Assembly: GCA_017520505.1 (NCBI GenBank)
Contig: JAFXFN010000024.1
Location: 209-64,208 of the forward strand
DNA: 64,000 bases
Direction of reading: 5' to 3'
DNA from: Clostridia bacterium
Lineage (GTDB): Bacteria; Bacillota; Clostridia; Oscillospirales; CAG-272
Positions 53,513-63,497 of the stretch are shown here, in pieces (position 1 is the stretch's first letter; every line of letters starts with the position of its first letter). The notes beneath the pieces were generated by a model. That model worked only from the letters and a program-made list of their open reading frames with translations. It had not been told where the DNA came from and did no database searches. The position numbers and the translations under genes were made by a program.

Positions 53513-54904
53513 TTATCCGTGGTATGTTACTATTGAATCTTTAAGCTTTGAAAAGGTGAAAAAATCGCTTACCGTCACAGCTCCGTCCTCGTTGATGTCG
53601 CAGAACGGCGAATAACGCTGTGAAGACTCTGCATCTTTTCTCAAAATAATGCTTTTTATTATGTTGATGTCGCTGTCAGTTATCTGTCCGTCGCCGTCTG
53701 CATCTCCGCTTACGCAAAGCGTGAGCGTTTGCAGTACGTATCCGTTTACATCAAGCGTGAGCGTACAGCCCGAGCCTACGATACTGCTGTCGGAAAGCAC
53801 GGCACCGTCCTTGTCGGTGAACGTGAAAAACCGTCCGTCAAGCGCAAGAAGCGTTTTGATATATCCAACGCTTGAAGACAGCGGAATACGTGACATCATG
53901 CCGTTTTCCACGTGGAAAAATTCACTCGGTATCTGTGTCGGCGCACCCTCAAAAACGTAGTTGTATACGGCTTTTTCGCACTCATCTCTGTATTTTTCAT
54001 CGGGTATACGGTTTATTGCGGCAACGTCGGTGGACACAAGCAGAAAATCACGTGTTATCTGCGTGTGTATGCCGTTTTCGTCAACGGGACCGTTGTGTAA
54101 AATATCGAGATGATAGGGTCTTCCGTTTATATAAACGAGATTCCACACGTGCTTCGTTGTGCCGACCGTGCCTGTGATAAACTTGTTTTCATATCCCATC
54201 TCGTCAAGAAACAGCGCCGTCAGTCCTGCATATTCCTCACATACGCCTTTTTTGCCCGTTATAAATGCATAAACGCTTGAACGGTTTACAAATTCCATAT
54301 CGTATGAAAACTGACCGTTTAATAAAAATTCATTCAGCTTTATGAATTTTTCCCCCTCTGTAAGTCCTTCCCAGAGCGATACCGTCGGACGGACAAGGCT
54401 TGACAGCACCTCTGCCCTTTCCTCGTTGCTTTCGCCTGTTGCTATTATGAACCTTACAGTGTAGCTCTTATACGTATTGTTTTCTTTGTCGGCAGTACCC
54501 GAAACGCTTATGCTGTATGAGCGTGCGATGCATTTTACATAGGTCGAGGAAAGAATTGACTTTACCTCTGCAAACATAGTATCGGCAAGCATCTTTGCCT
54601 CTTCCGTAGTATAATTTGAAATGTCGGTTATTGAGAATGTCCGCATATAAACGTAACATTCCGTGGGGACACCCCCGACGTTTACAATGCCCTTTGTGAA
54701 GTTATTTTCTTTAAGAGAAAATATTTCCTTTACACTTGCGTTTTTATAAAATCCGTAAAGTCCGTCAACTGTTACGTTCTTTATGTGAACGGGCTTTTCG
54801 GAGATAAGCTGCTTGTAAGCGGGGGAATCCGAGGCGACGGCAGGATATGCCAGAATACACATCCAAAGCGCAAGACAAAAACAGATAAAACGTGTCTTCT
54901 TCAT
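53513..54904 (-). CDS. Transglutaminase-like (Cys-His-Asp) protein with a C-terminal type-I dockerin
   Basis: GVCEEYAG...HVWNLV...HLD core. Dockerin repeats GDADGDGQITDSD and DINEDGAVTVSD. Start trimmed to MKKTRF at 54904. Confidence 0.7.
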   Translation of the reverse strand: MKKTRFICFCLALWMCILAYPAVASDSPAYKQLISEKPVHIKNVTVDGLYGFYKNASVKEIFSLKENNFTKGIVNVGGVPTECYVYMRTFSITDISNYTTEEAKMLADTMFAEVKSILSSTYVKCIARSYSISVSGTADKENNTYKSYTVRFIIATGESNEERAEVLSSLVRPTVSLWEGLTEGEKFIKLNEFLLNGQFSYDMEFVNRSSVYAFITGKKGVCEEYAGLTALFLDEMGYENKFITGTVGTTKHVWNLVYINGRPYHLDILHNGPVDENGIHTQITRDFLLVSTDVAAINRIPDEKYRDECEKAVYNYVFEGAPTQIPSEFFHVENGMMSRIPLSSSVGYIKTLLALDGRFFTFTDKDGAVLSDSSIVGSGCTLTLDVNGYVLQTLTLCVSGDADGDGQITDSDINIIKSIILRKDAESSQRYSPFCDINEDGAVTVSDFFTFSKLKDSIVTYHG

Positions 54905-55176
54905 TTTAAAACCCCCTTGAAATTTATATATATAAGTGATTTGTATTATATCACATAAGAACTTCATAATATGACATTTTAATTTAAATAATCTAAAAAA
55001 ATATTAGTATTAATTGTTACAACAATATGACGCTGTTGTACGTGTACATTTAATGTGCATAACGAAAATTGTTAGACATAAAAAACGATAAACTCCGATT
55101 TTTATGTTATTCCATACGGTTTATTTTCACATCCCCCGATTTTCCGAAAAAAACTTATAAAATTTCCCCTGTGTGT

Positions 55177-55183
55177 TTCGACA
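55177..55183 (+). promoter_or_regulatory. Possible Spo0A box (TTCGACA) upstream of spoIIE
   Basis: A single 7-mer match about 70 nt upstream of the start. It could occur by chance. Confidence 0.3.
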
Positions 55184-55251
55184 GTTTACTCAAGAGACGT
55201 GGAGTATTATATCTACAGACAAAGGAAGATGCAAAGAAAGGGAAATTTGAA

Positions 55252-57561
55252 ATGAAAGAAGAAAAAAGAATGAAAAATCCGACAGCGGTGCTTGAAAAAT
55301 ATACGTCAAAGACAGAGGCGAAAGAGCTTCTTGAGGCAGTTTTTTACTGTGCCGTTTCATATTTGTTCGGATGTGCGGAGATGATGTTCGGTGTGTATCC
55401 CCTCGGCGTTGCGTTTATGTGTACGGTCAGACGCCACGTGCCGTTTGCCGTTATGGGTGCGGTCTTGTCGGCGTTTGCCTGTGGTGCGCCGATTTCCGTT
55501 TCTCTTACCGCCTGCGCTGTGTCGTCTGTGTTCCGCTATGCGCTTATGTTCGCCTTCAACGGCGGAAAAATAGACGTTTTAACGCTCAATGACAGCCTTT
55601 TGAGCCGTATCTGCGCTGTTTCCGGCGGGCTTTTGTCGTCCTCTGCATTGCGTATGGTGTCGGGCGGATTTACGTATTACAACTTGCTTTCGTGTGTCTT
55701 CAACGTGCTGTTCGGTGCGTTTATGGTCTACGCTTATTCGCTTGTCACAGACGAAAAAAACAGATATACACAGAAGTATGAGGCAGGTGTCGGGGCTGTA
55801 TTTTTCTCCCTCGTTTCCTCGCTTGACACGCTTGAAATATTGGGTATGTCCTGCGGCATCACAGCGGCATTTGTCCTGCCGCTTTACGCTGCAAGAAAGG
55901 GCGGTGCGCTTCGTGGTGTGGTCATGGGCTTTTTGTGCGGTGCCGCCCTCGATATTTCGCTTTGTCCTATGTTCGGAGCTGTGGGATTTGTCGGCGGTGT
56001 GCTGTGTTCAATACCCGTGTCGTGGTGCGCTTCGGCAGCGGTCGTATCATCTCTTCTGTGCGGTTATTATATGGGTGGAGTCGATGCCTTGTTACAGTAT
56101 TTTCCCGAGGCGATAGTGTCGCTTTTTGTGTACATACCGCTTGAAAAAATGCGTTTTTTGCCACCCTTGCGCCTTTTTCGGGGTGATGCTGTATACACAG
56201 ATGATATTTCTCCTTCTGATATTGCAACGGAGCTTAAAAGTAAGTCGTACAAAGAGGGGCTTACATCGCTTTCGAAGGCGCTTTATGATATTTCCGAGGT
56301 GATGTGCGCACTGTCCGAAAATGAAAAGCGTCCGTCTGTGCACGAAATATGCGAGCTTTGCGAAAAGGAGTTTTCCTCGTTCTGTAAAAAATGCTCAATG
56401 AAAAAGCTGTGCTTTCCCGAGGGGATAAGAGGAAATAATATCATACGGAATACAGCGCAGGCAATATATGAAAAGCGTGCGCTCACAACCGACGATCTGC
56501 CCGAAAAAATAAAAACGAATTGCTATTTTTCGGATAAAATTACCGTTTCTCTTAATATAAAGCTTGCCGAATATACAGCGGAAAGGCTGAAAAATAACAA
56601 AACAGAGGTTATGGCAGAGGATTACCGTGCGCTCTCACAGCTCATAGGTCAGACCGTACAGACAGCCGAGGAGAAAAATGAAATAAATACAGAGCTTACG
56701 GAAAAGCTCCGCCGTACAATGCTTTATAAGGAGCTTTTTTCAAACAGCGTTGCGGTCTACGGACGACAAGAGCTTACCGTTATTGCCTGCGGAGCTGACA
56801 CAGCCGGAATAAAACGGCTGTCAGAGGAGGTGAGAAAGAATTTCAGCAAGATACTCGGCGTGACGCTGTCACCGCCCGAGCTTACTCTGTGCGGTGATTA
56901 CACCGCCGCCGTGTTCAGCCGTGCGCAGAAGCTGTCGGCTGAATGTGCAAGCGTGCAATGTATAAAAGACGGAGAATCGATAAACGGCGACAATATTTTT
57001 TCATTTACCCACAGCGGAAAGCTTCACGTGTGTATATGCGACGGTATGGGAAGCGGACGTCTTGCGGCGCTGACTTCAAAAACAGCGGGCATATTTTTGC
57101 AAAGAATGCTCCGTGCGGGGTGCAATACAGAGGGTGCGCTTAAAATGCTGAATCATTTTGTGCGGAGCAAGGCAGGGGAGTGCTTCACGACGGTTGACCT
57201 CATGACGGTCGACCTCGTAACGGGCGGCGCATCGTTTACAAAAAGCGGTGCGCCTGCCTCCTATGTCGTTCGTGACGGCAGGATATTCAGGCTCGCCTGC
57301 CACACACCGCCCGTCGGTATTATGGCAGAGCTGTGCGCTGAAAGAATAGATTTTGTATTTAAAAGCGGTGATTTAGCCGTTATGGTCAGCGACGGCATTT
57401 CAGATGCCGACGATCCGCTTGTGTGGCTTTATAATATGCTTACCTACGAAAGCGACGTTACAGCAGAGCAGCTTTGCGAAAAAATACTTCAGCACGCACA
57501 GACAGAGGGCGCAGGGGACGACGACGTGACCGTCTGCGCCGTGAGAATACAGAATTTATAG
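55252..57561 (+). CDS. spoIIE: Stage II sporulation protein E (PP2C phosphatase)
   Basis: About 10 N-terminal TM helices. C-terminal PP2C motifs (ICDGMGSG, VSDGISD, DDVTV). Start taken at the ATG at 55252. Confidence 0.85.
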   Translation: MKEEKRMKNPTAVLEKYTSKTEAKELLEAVFYCAVSYLFGCAEMMFGVYPLGVAFMCTVRRHVPFAVMGAVLSAFACGAPISVSLTACAVSSVFRYALMFAFNGGKIDVLTLNDSLLSRICAVSGGLLSSSALRMVSGGFTYYNLLSCVFNVLFGAFMVYAYSLVTDEKNRYTQKYEAGVGAVFFSLVSSLDTLEILGMSCGITAAFVLPLYAARKGGALRGVVMGFLCGAALDISLCPMFGAVGFVGGVLCSIPVSWCASAAVVSSLLCGYYMGGVDALLQYFPEAIVSLFVYIPLEKMRFLPPLRLFRGDAVYTDDISPSDIATELKSKSYKEGLTSLSKALYDISEVMCALSENEKRPSVHEICELCEKEFSSFCKKCSMKKLCFPEGIRGNNIIRNTAQAIYEKRALTTDDLPEKIKTNCYFSDKITVSLNIKLAEYTAERLKNNKTEVMAEDYRALSQLIGQTVQTAEEKNEINTELTEKLRRTMLYKELFSNSVAVYGRQELTVIACGADTAGIKRLSEEVRKNFSKILGVTLSPPELTLCGDYTAAVFSRAQKLSAECASVQCIKDGESINGDNIFSFTHSGKLHVCICDGMGSGRLAALTSKTAGIFLQRMLRAGCNTEGALKMLNHFVRSKAGECFTTVDLMTVDLVTGGASFTKSGAPASYVVRDGRIFRLACHTPPVGIMAELCAERIDFVFKSGDLAVMVSDGISDADDPLVWLYNMLTYESDVTAEQLCEKILQHAQTEGAGDDDVTVCAVRIQNL

Positions 57562-57583
57562 CTTCAATATATATAACGCAAAA

Positions 57584-57616
57584 AAATGCAAAAGGTTTCG
57601 ACCATTTGCATTTTTT
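57584..57616 (+). terminator. spoIIE terminator
   Basis: AAATGCAAA...TTTGCATTT stem followed by a T-run. Confidence 0.65.
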
Positions 57617-57754
57617 CTTGTTTATTAAAAAACATCTGCTGCGTATGTGGTTTGGGTGAGGCTTTTGCCGCCGGACGATCCCGCCCTTCCCCCACCGGGA
57701 AAGGCGTTTAGCCACCTCATACACCGCTTGCGGTGTGCGCCATATCGCCCAAGG

Positions 57755-57885
57755 CAGTTGACAGGCAATTTCGCCTGTCAACTGTGGGGGGTGGGCGATG
57801 GCGCTTTTTATCTATTCTCTATTATCTCTTATTTCTTATCTATTATCTCCAATCTTTTTGCAGTAGGATGATATCCTCCCCTACA
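57755..57885. repeat. REP block: CAGTTGACAGG-CAATTTC-GCCTGTCAACTG+TGGGGGGTGG (57755-57794), simple word run (57809-57850), AGGATGATATCCT+CCCCTACA (57863-57885)
   Basis: Read directly from the sequence. It parallels 49986-50014 and 34956-35038. Confidence 0.7.
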
Positions 57886-58024
57886 AGCATTTTGACAGCA
57901 GTTGGACAGATTAAGCGTGAAAATAGGGATATGGGCTGTGCCTGAAGATTTTGCATTTTTTTATTGTACCAATCATAATAAATAATGGTTTGATTAAAAA
58001 ATGTGTATTTTTTTACGACAAATA

Positions 58025-58053
58025 TTGACAAAATCGATGAAAAGGTATATAAT
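58025..58053 (+). promoter_or_regulatory. Sigma-A promoter (TTGACA-N17-TATAAT)
   Basis: -35 at 58025-58030, -10 at 58048-58053. Confidence 0.65.
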
Positions 58054-58087
58054 ACGGCTATTATTTTTAATTTTGGAGGATATTATT

Positions 58088-59674
58088 ATGATGTGCAACA
58101 AATGCGGTGCGCAGAATGCAGACGAAAACAAGATCTGCTCAAACTGCGGAAACGTTTTGGAAGCGGAAGTGATAGATGCTGCTCAGGAACAGACAGAAGC
58201 TCCCGCGGAAGAAATTGCAAATGAAACACCTGCGAAAGAACCTGCCGCAAAGGAGGAAGACAAGCTTGCTTGCCTTAAGAAATATCTTGGCAACAAGAAG
58301 ATCGTAGCGGCTGTTCTGGCTGTTATCATCGTTCTCGGCATTATCATCTGCGCTTGCTGTTCAGGCAGTGATGAGCTTGTTAAGGGCGATTTTTCCGTTA
58401 TTTACGATGAGGGTGCTGAAGAAAGCCACATTATCTATGCAGGCGAAGTCATTGTAAGAGGAGTTTCGGGTAAGATCTCTCTTAAAGAATGTGCAACCGG
58501 CGAGGCGGCTCTGTATCTTGATGAAGAAAAGACACTTTACGTAGTTACAGAGGACGGAAGCAAGAAGGTCGCTGATGAAGTTGACAGCATCAAGGGCTTC
58601 TCTGCTGACGGTGAAAAGGTCGCATATATGGATGCTGATTACGCATCGGTTATTCATAACATCAAAAACGGCGACAAAAAGGTATTCAGCGAGGATTCTA
58701 CAAGCGGAATTGTGTTCTCACCCAACGGTGACCTGCTCGGATATACAGTAATTGATACAGAGTCAGGCGCTGAAGGCGAGGATGCTAAAACAGTTTACAA
58801 AAGCTACGTATACGAAGACGGCGAAAGCAAAAAGGTTTTCGACGGCGGCAGTATCATCGCAATTTCCGATAGCGGAAAATATATTTACTGCTCAAAGACA
58901 GAGGAAGATACGATGGGTGAAGCATCACTTTACGTAACTAACCTCAAGGGCGAAAAGAAGAAGATAGCATCAAACATTAATAATTTTGTGGTAAATGCTG
59001 ACGGTACGCAGGTTATTTTCGAAAGTGAAGACAAGTGGTATGCTTCTGTTAAGGGCGATGAAAAGATAAGAATTGAAGGCGTTCCCTCGTCTGTTTCTTC
59101 ATTTGCTCCCTTGAACGGCAACGAAAGCTTCAAGAACAACACGTTTATCGCTTACGCTGACGGCGAGCTTGCAATATACACGGTCAACGGTAAGTGGGCA
59201 GCTGAAAAGCTTGCAGGCGGTATCGATGATCTCAGTATAAGCGAAGACAGCGAAACAATATATTACCTCAAGAACGATAAGCTCTACATTCTCGGTGAGG
59301 ATGAAGCTATTGAAGACGAGGTGAAGACGTTTGTTTCAACGTCAGACGGTGCTGCTGTTTACTTCATATCCGAGGATGATACCCTCTACTACAAGAAGGG
59401 CACGAAGGACAAAAAGCGTATTGCAGATGATATTGCAACGATAAGAAGGACATACGATGATTACGCTTTGTTCATAGACGAGGACGACGTACTTTACGCA
59501 AGCAATGGCGGCAGTGCGGCAAAGAAGCTTTGCGAGGATGTAAAGAGAGTATATACTTGCATTGATTATACGTATTATTACGGTGACGCTGATTCTTCGG
59601 CAGATACGGTAAACGTATATATAGCAAGCAAAAAGACAAAGTTTGAAAAGGTATTCACAGATATCAAGGCTTAA
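58088..59674 (+). CDS. Zinc-ribbon / single-pass membrane protein with a large extracellular beta-rich domain
   Basis: MMCNKCGAQN...CSNCG ribbon and one TM helix (IVAAVLAVIIVLGIIICA). Repetitive beta-strand-like C-terminal domain. Confidence 0.65.
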   Translation: MMCNKCGAQNADENKICSNCGNVLEAEVIDAAQEQTEAPAEEIANETPAKEPAAKEEDKLACLKKYLGNKKIVAAVLAVIIVLGIIICACCSGSDELVKGDFSVIYDEGAEESHIIYAGEVIVRGVSGKISLKECATGEAALYLDEEKTLYVVTEDGSKKVADEVDSIKGFSADGEKVAYMDADYASVIHNIKNGDKKVFSEDSTSGIVFSPNGDLLGYTVIDTESGAEGEDAKTVYKSYVYEDGESKKVFDGGSIIAISDSGKYIYCSKTEEDTMGEASLYVTNLKGEKKKIASNINNFVVNADGTQVIFESEDKWYASVKGDEKIRIEGVPSSVSSFAPLNGNESFKNNTFIAYADGELAIYTVNGKWAAEKLAGGIDDLSISEDSETIYYLKNDKLYILGEDEAIEDEVKTFVSTSDGAAVYFISEDDTLYYKKGTKDKKRIADDIATIRRTYDDYALFIDEDDVLYASNGGSAAKKLCEDVKRVYTCIDYTYYYGDADSSADTVNVYIASKKTKFEKVFTDIKA

Positions 59675-59691
59675 AATCAAAGCATAAAAAT

Positions 59692-59730
59692 ACGGCTCAT
59701 TTGGGTATTGTTCCCGAATGAGCCGTTTTT
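59692..59730 (+). terminator. Rho-independent terminator
   Basis: ACGGCTCATTTGGG-TATTGTT-CCCGAATGAGCCGT followed by TTTTT. Confidence 0.75.
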
Positions 59731-59824
59731 CTTTTGTTTTGACGGTTTGAAGCCGATAGAATGAAAACAATTTTAAATATGCGTGATTACATTGAATTCA
59801 ATGTGATAACAGCGCAAGCACAAA

Positions 59825-59908
59825 GCAGTTTGCAGTAGTTCGATATACGAACTACAAGCAAACTGCTGACCGTGGGGTGTAGGCGCGCATATTTCCTGAC
59901 GGAAATAT
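59825..59908. repeat. Nested REP palindrome GCAGTTTGCA-[GTAGTTCG-ATAT-ACGAACTAC]-AGCAAACTGC (59825-59866) and ATATTTCC-TGAC-GGAAATAT (59889-59908)
   Basis: Read directly from the sequence. Confidence 0.7.
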
Positions 59909-59965
59909 TTTTTAATTTTGCAGTTAATTCAATTTAACATAATTCGCAGAATGAAACGAATATGG

Positions 59966-62173
59966 TTATATTTTACCCTTGAATTTCTTTATCTGCTGGC
60001 ACATTAAATCATAGTAGAACGTGCCGTATTCTACTGACGGCTCAAGGTCACGTGAACGCTCGGGATTCTTTTGCTCGCTTGACGTCCATTCGTTCCAAGT
60101 GGTGAAAATTATCATTTTTGCACCGAGATTATACGCACGCTGTACTTGCTTTTTCAGCGTTGTGCCGTTTGAACGAAGCTCGCTGCTCTCCTCACTTTCT
60201 CCTCTTGTCGCCGCAGAGCAGGTGACCGTTTCAACAACTCCGTCGAGCTGTGTGTAGGTTTGCGGTGAACGCTCCTCCCAGCTCCAGAATCTCTCCGAGC
60301 AGAGCTTTCTGTCGTAAAGTGACGGCTGTTGTCCGACGTATCCCGTCATCCAGCGGATCGTGAATCTGTCGTCAGTCCATTTTGGGTTTTCTCCGTACTG
60401 GTTCGGCGTCGCACCGTAGCAGATGAGAAGCGGCTTTCCCTCGTAATAATAGTACATATCGCCGTATTCTTCATTTTCAACGAATGAAGAATACACCTGG
60501 TCAGCCTTCTTCTGATGCTTTCCGTTGTCAACGTTCGACTGTCCTGCGTGGCCCGGACCTAAGAAAAGTGCTATCTTTGGTGCGTTGGGTACGGTTTTCC
60601 ATATCTCGAACATTTTGTACGTCGAATGTTCTATCATTCTGAAGTCCTCTGCCGTTTCGAGGGTGACCTCGGAGATAGTCGTATTGTTTGACCAATCGAC
60701 GAATACAAAATCAACGTCTGCGGCGGCAAGAAGCTCTGCGTGGTAACGCAAAACGTCCTCTTCCTGCGACTCATATTCGCCGATAATGGGCGTGCCCCAG
60801 GTGTTTTTCCACCACGTTTTGGTGTTTCTGTGCCACGTTGTGTATGAAATTCCGACTATTCTTTCTTCAAACGGTGCGCTTGCAAGCTTTCCTACACCCG
60901 TTTTACTGCATTCGACGTCATCATAATTGAATACGACCTCGTCGTACAGCTTGAAATTGTCTGCGGCGAGCGTTTTTTTATCACTCGGTATTTCCGAATT
61001 TGCAGGATATACCGTGCATATACCGCTTGCGCTGTCAAACGATGCCGTGTAACCGAGTATCTTCGCAAAGCTGTCAACGCACATATAAAGACCGCCGTCA
61101 ATGCTCTTGACTGACGTAAACGGCTTTTCCTCTCCGTTTACGCTCATAAAAGGTCTGCCTGATGTAACGGCGAGGGATGCGTTGCCTCTTTCCGCCTTGA
61201 CAACTTCACCGTCAAGAACGTACGTGAAGTCAAACATTTTAAAAAGCGTTACGGCATCTGCGTATATCTTTCCGTCAAGCATCTTCGTTTTTGCCGTGTG
61301 CATAAATGCCTGCTTATCCTTGAAGGAATATCCACGCTCCGTCATAAACGCATAAACCGTTTCATCGGGTGTGAATACTTCCTCCGACGTGTGCGAAAGG
61401 CTTATTGAGCCGATTATGGATTTGCAGCGGTCGGTTTCAACACGGAAATAGCCGTGAGTGCCTTCTTCAAATATTACGTTGTCAGTACCGCATTTTGCAA
61501 GCTCGCCACCGTTTGAGTCCTTCAGTGAAAGCCCCGATTCGGTAAGCTGTACCGTTGCTATGTGCGTTTCGTTTGCCGATACCTTTATTTCATTCGGTGT
61601 GCCGGAGAAGCTGACCTTTACACCGTCCTTGCAGTCAAACGGAAGAGAATTCGTCACCGTGCAGTCAAGACCGCCTTGAATATGCGCCTTTACCGTGTTT
61701 TTCGCAAACGAAAACCAAAGACCGCTTGACGTGTGGGTATGCTCCGCCAATCGGCACAGAATACCTGCTTTTACTGTTTCATCTCCGCGGCGGGAGTCGT
61801 TTGCGTAAAGATATGCCTCAGCGGTGTAGGGGAACGTGACTATCCTTTCGGAAAATCCGACGGCTCCTATCTCTCTGTCCGAGCCGACAAGCCCCTTTTT
61901 CTTATCTCTTGTAAAGCTTTCACCCGTCAGGCTGATATATTTGTTCGCCTTGCACGTACCGACGGTACATTCGGTGAAATCAAAGCTGTGTGTGAAGTTG
62001 TTTCGTGTCTGAAGCAGCAATTCCGTTATATCAAACGATATTTCCGCAGGATCTGCCGCACCTTCAGTTTCCGACAACGCACCCGTTTCCGTGCTGTTTT
62101 TCGTGCAAGATGCGGTGAAAAGCAGGGAAAGGAGCGTTGAAGATAAAATTATAAGAGTTAAAATTCTTTTCAT
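59966..62173 (-). CDS. Lipoprotein with an N-terminal ~400-aa region and a C-terminal GH-like TIM-barrel domain (paralogue of the upstream gene)
   Basis: Lipobox LFTASC. The C-terminal ~330 aa align with 62174..63193 (VDFVFVDWSNNT, FWSWEER, TWNEW, identical YYDLMCQQIKKFKGKI end). Confidence 0.6.
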   Translation of the reverse strand: MKRILTLIILSSTLLSLLFTASCTKNSTETGALSETEGAADPAEISFDITELLLQTRNNFTHSFDFTECTVGTCKANKYISLTGESFTRDKKKGLVGSDREIGAVGFSERIVTFPYTAEAYLYANDSRRGDETVKAGILCRLAEHTHTSSGLWFSFAKNTVKAHIQGGLDCTVTNSLPFDCKDGVKVSFSGTPNEIKVSANETHIATVQLTESGLSLKDSNGGELAKCGTDNVIFEEGTHGYFRVETDRCKSIIGSISLSHTSEEVFTPDETVYAFMTERGYSFKDKQAFMHTAKTKMLDGKIYADAVTLFKMFDFTYVLDGEVVKAERGNASLAVTSGRPFMSVNGEEKPFTSVKSIDGGLYMCVDSFAKILGYTASFDSASGICTVYPANSEIPSDKKTLAADNFKLYDEVVFNYDDVECSKTGVGKLASAPFEERIVGISYTTWHRNTKTWWKNTWGTPIIGEYESQEEDVLRYHAELLAAADVDFVFVDWSNNTTISEVTLETAEDFRMIEHSTYKMFEIWKTVPNAPKIALFLGPGHAGQSNVDNGKHQKKADQVYSSFVENEEYGDMYYYYEGKPLLICYGATPNQYGENPKWTDDRFTIRWMTGYVGQQPSLYDRKLCSERFWSWEERSPQTYTQLDGVVETVTCSAATRGESEESSELRSNGTTLKKQVQRAYNLGAKMIIFTTWNEWTSSEQKNPERSRDLEPSVEYGTFYYDLMCQQIKKFKGKI

Positions 62174-63193
62174 TTATATTTTACCCTTGAATTTCTTTAT
62201 TTGCTGACACATAAGGTCATAGTAGAATGTGCCGTGCGCCTTTGACGGCTCAAGATCCTTTGAGTTTTCCTCGGAGATCTGCTCGCCCTTCATCCACTCG
62301 TTCCACGAAACGAGCACGGCAATACGTGCGCCGAGGTTGTATGCTCTCTGAAACTGCTTTTTGAACGTTGCGCCGTTATTTCTCAATTCGGCGGGAATGT
62401 AGCCTCTTGAGCCCTCTCTGCCCTGGCTTCTCGTTGCGGCAACGATAGTTACAGCCTCGACCGTTCCCTGTGACACGGTGAAGGTCTGTGCGCCTCGCTC
62501 CTCCCAGCTCCAGAAGTGGTGGCTCTTGCGTGTTTCCTTGTCGTAAAGGTCGCCCTGCTGACCGACATATCCCGTTACCCAGCGGATGGTAAATCTGTCG
62601 TCCTTCCATTCGGGGTCTGCACCGTAGAACGTAGGTGTTGCGGCATAGCAAAGCAAAAGCGGCTTGCCCTCGTATTGGAAATACATATCGCATCTGTCGG
62701 GATTTGACACGTAATCTCTGTATATCTGCTCAACCTTTCTGTCGTGGTCGCCCGAATCAACGCTCTTTTGTCCGTCGTGGCCGGGGCCTGCGAAAAGCGC
62801 TATTTTGGGAGCGTTGGGTATCGTTTTCCATATATCAAACAGCATATCCGTTGTGACTTCTATTGTTCTGAAATCATTTCTTGTCTCGCTCATCGTTTCG
62901 GGAACGTAATACGTGTTGTTCGACCAGTCAACGAACACGAGGTCAACGTCGGCTGCCGCCAGCATCTCGCCGTGACGGCGGATTATCGCCTCATTGTCGG
63001 AGCGGTATTTGCCGTAAAGCGGCTCGCTCCAGGCACTTTTTTCCCAGTTGAGGTCAGAACGGAGCCAAGCGGAGTACGCAACCGCCACGAGTCTTTCGTC
63101 AAACGGTGTTTTGGGGTAAAGTCCTACACCGATGTTGTCACATTCAACGTCCGATGTGTCGGCTATTATTTTTTCAAGTATGTCATTGTTCAT
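62174..63193 (-). CDS. Cytoplasmic GH-like (TIM-barrel, NEW-motif) protein
   Basis: Start trimmed to MNNDILEK at 63193, behind a GGAGG RBS. VDLVFVDWSNNT, FWSWEER and SWNEW motifs. The GH family is not assignable by eye. Confidence 0.55.
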   Translation of the reverse strand: MNNDILEKIIADTSDVECDNIGVGLYPKTPFDERLVAVAYSAWLRSDLNWEKSAWSEPLYGKYRSDNEAIIRRHGEMLAAADVDLVFVDWSNNTYYVPETMSETRNDFRTIEVTTDMLFDIWKTIPNAPKIALFAGPGHDGQKSVDSGDHDRKVEQIYRDYVSNPDRCDMYFQYEGKPLLLCYAATPTFYGADPEWKDDRFTIRWVTGYVGQQGDLYDKETRKSHHFWSWEERGAQTFTVSQGTVEAVTIVAATRSQGREGSRGYIPAELRNNGATFKKQFQRAYNLGARIAVLVSWNEWMKGEQISEENSKDLEPSKAHGTFYYDLMCQQIKKFKGKI

Positions 63194-63250
63194 AGTTAAA
63201 AACCTCCGATAAAGTTTATTTGATTTTAACACACGCAATAAAAAAAGTCA

Positions 63251-63497
63251 AGTAGGGGGCGGCGCCCATGTAGTTCGAAGTAATTCGAACTACCGCAGTT
63301 TACAAAGTAAACTGCACGACCTGATTGTTGACGTCCTATAAATTCACAGGGTTTATTTTCATTTAATTCAACGGGTTACGTGCGCCTCCGCCTGCAACCC
63401 CCATGTAGTTTGCGACTCGTCGCAAACTACCGTAGTTGGCTCTGCCAACTACATGGCTCTGCCAACTACAAGGTGCACATATTTCCTGTGGAAATAT
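63251..63497. repeat. Cluster of GTAG hairpins upstream of spoIIAA
   Basis: GTAGGGGGCGGCGCCC (63251-63266), GTAGTTCGAAGTAATTCGAACTAC (63269-63292), GCAGTTTAC-AAA-GTAAACTGC (63294-63314), GTAGTTTGCGACTCGTCGCAAACTAC (63405-63430), GTAGTTGGCTCTGCCAACTAC (63432-63452) plus a partial duplicate, and ATATTTCC-TGT-GGAAATAT (63479-63497). Confidence 0.75.
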
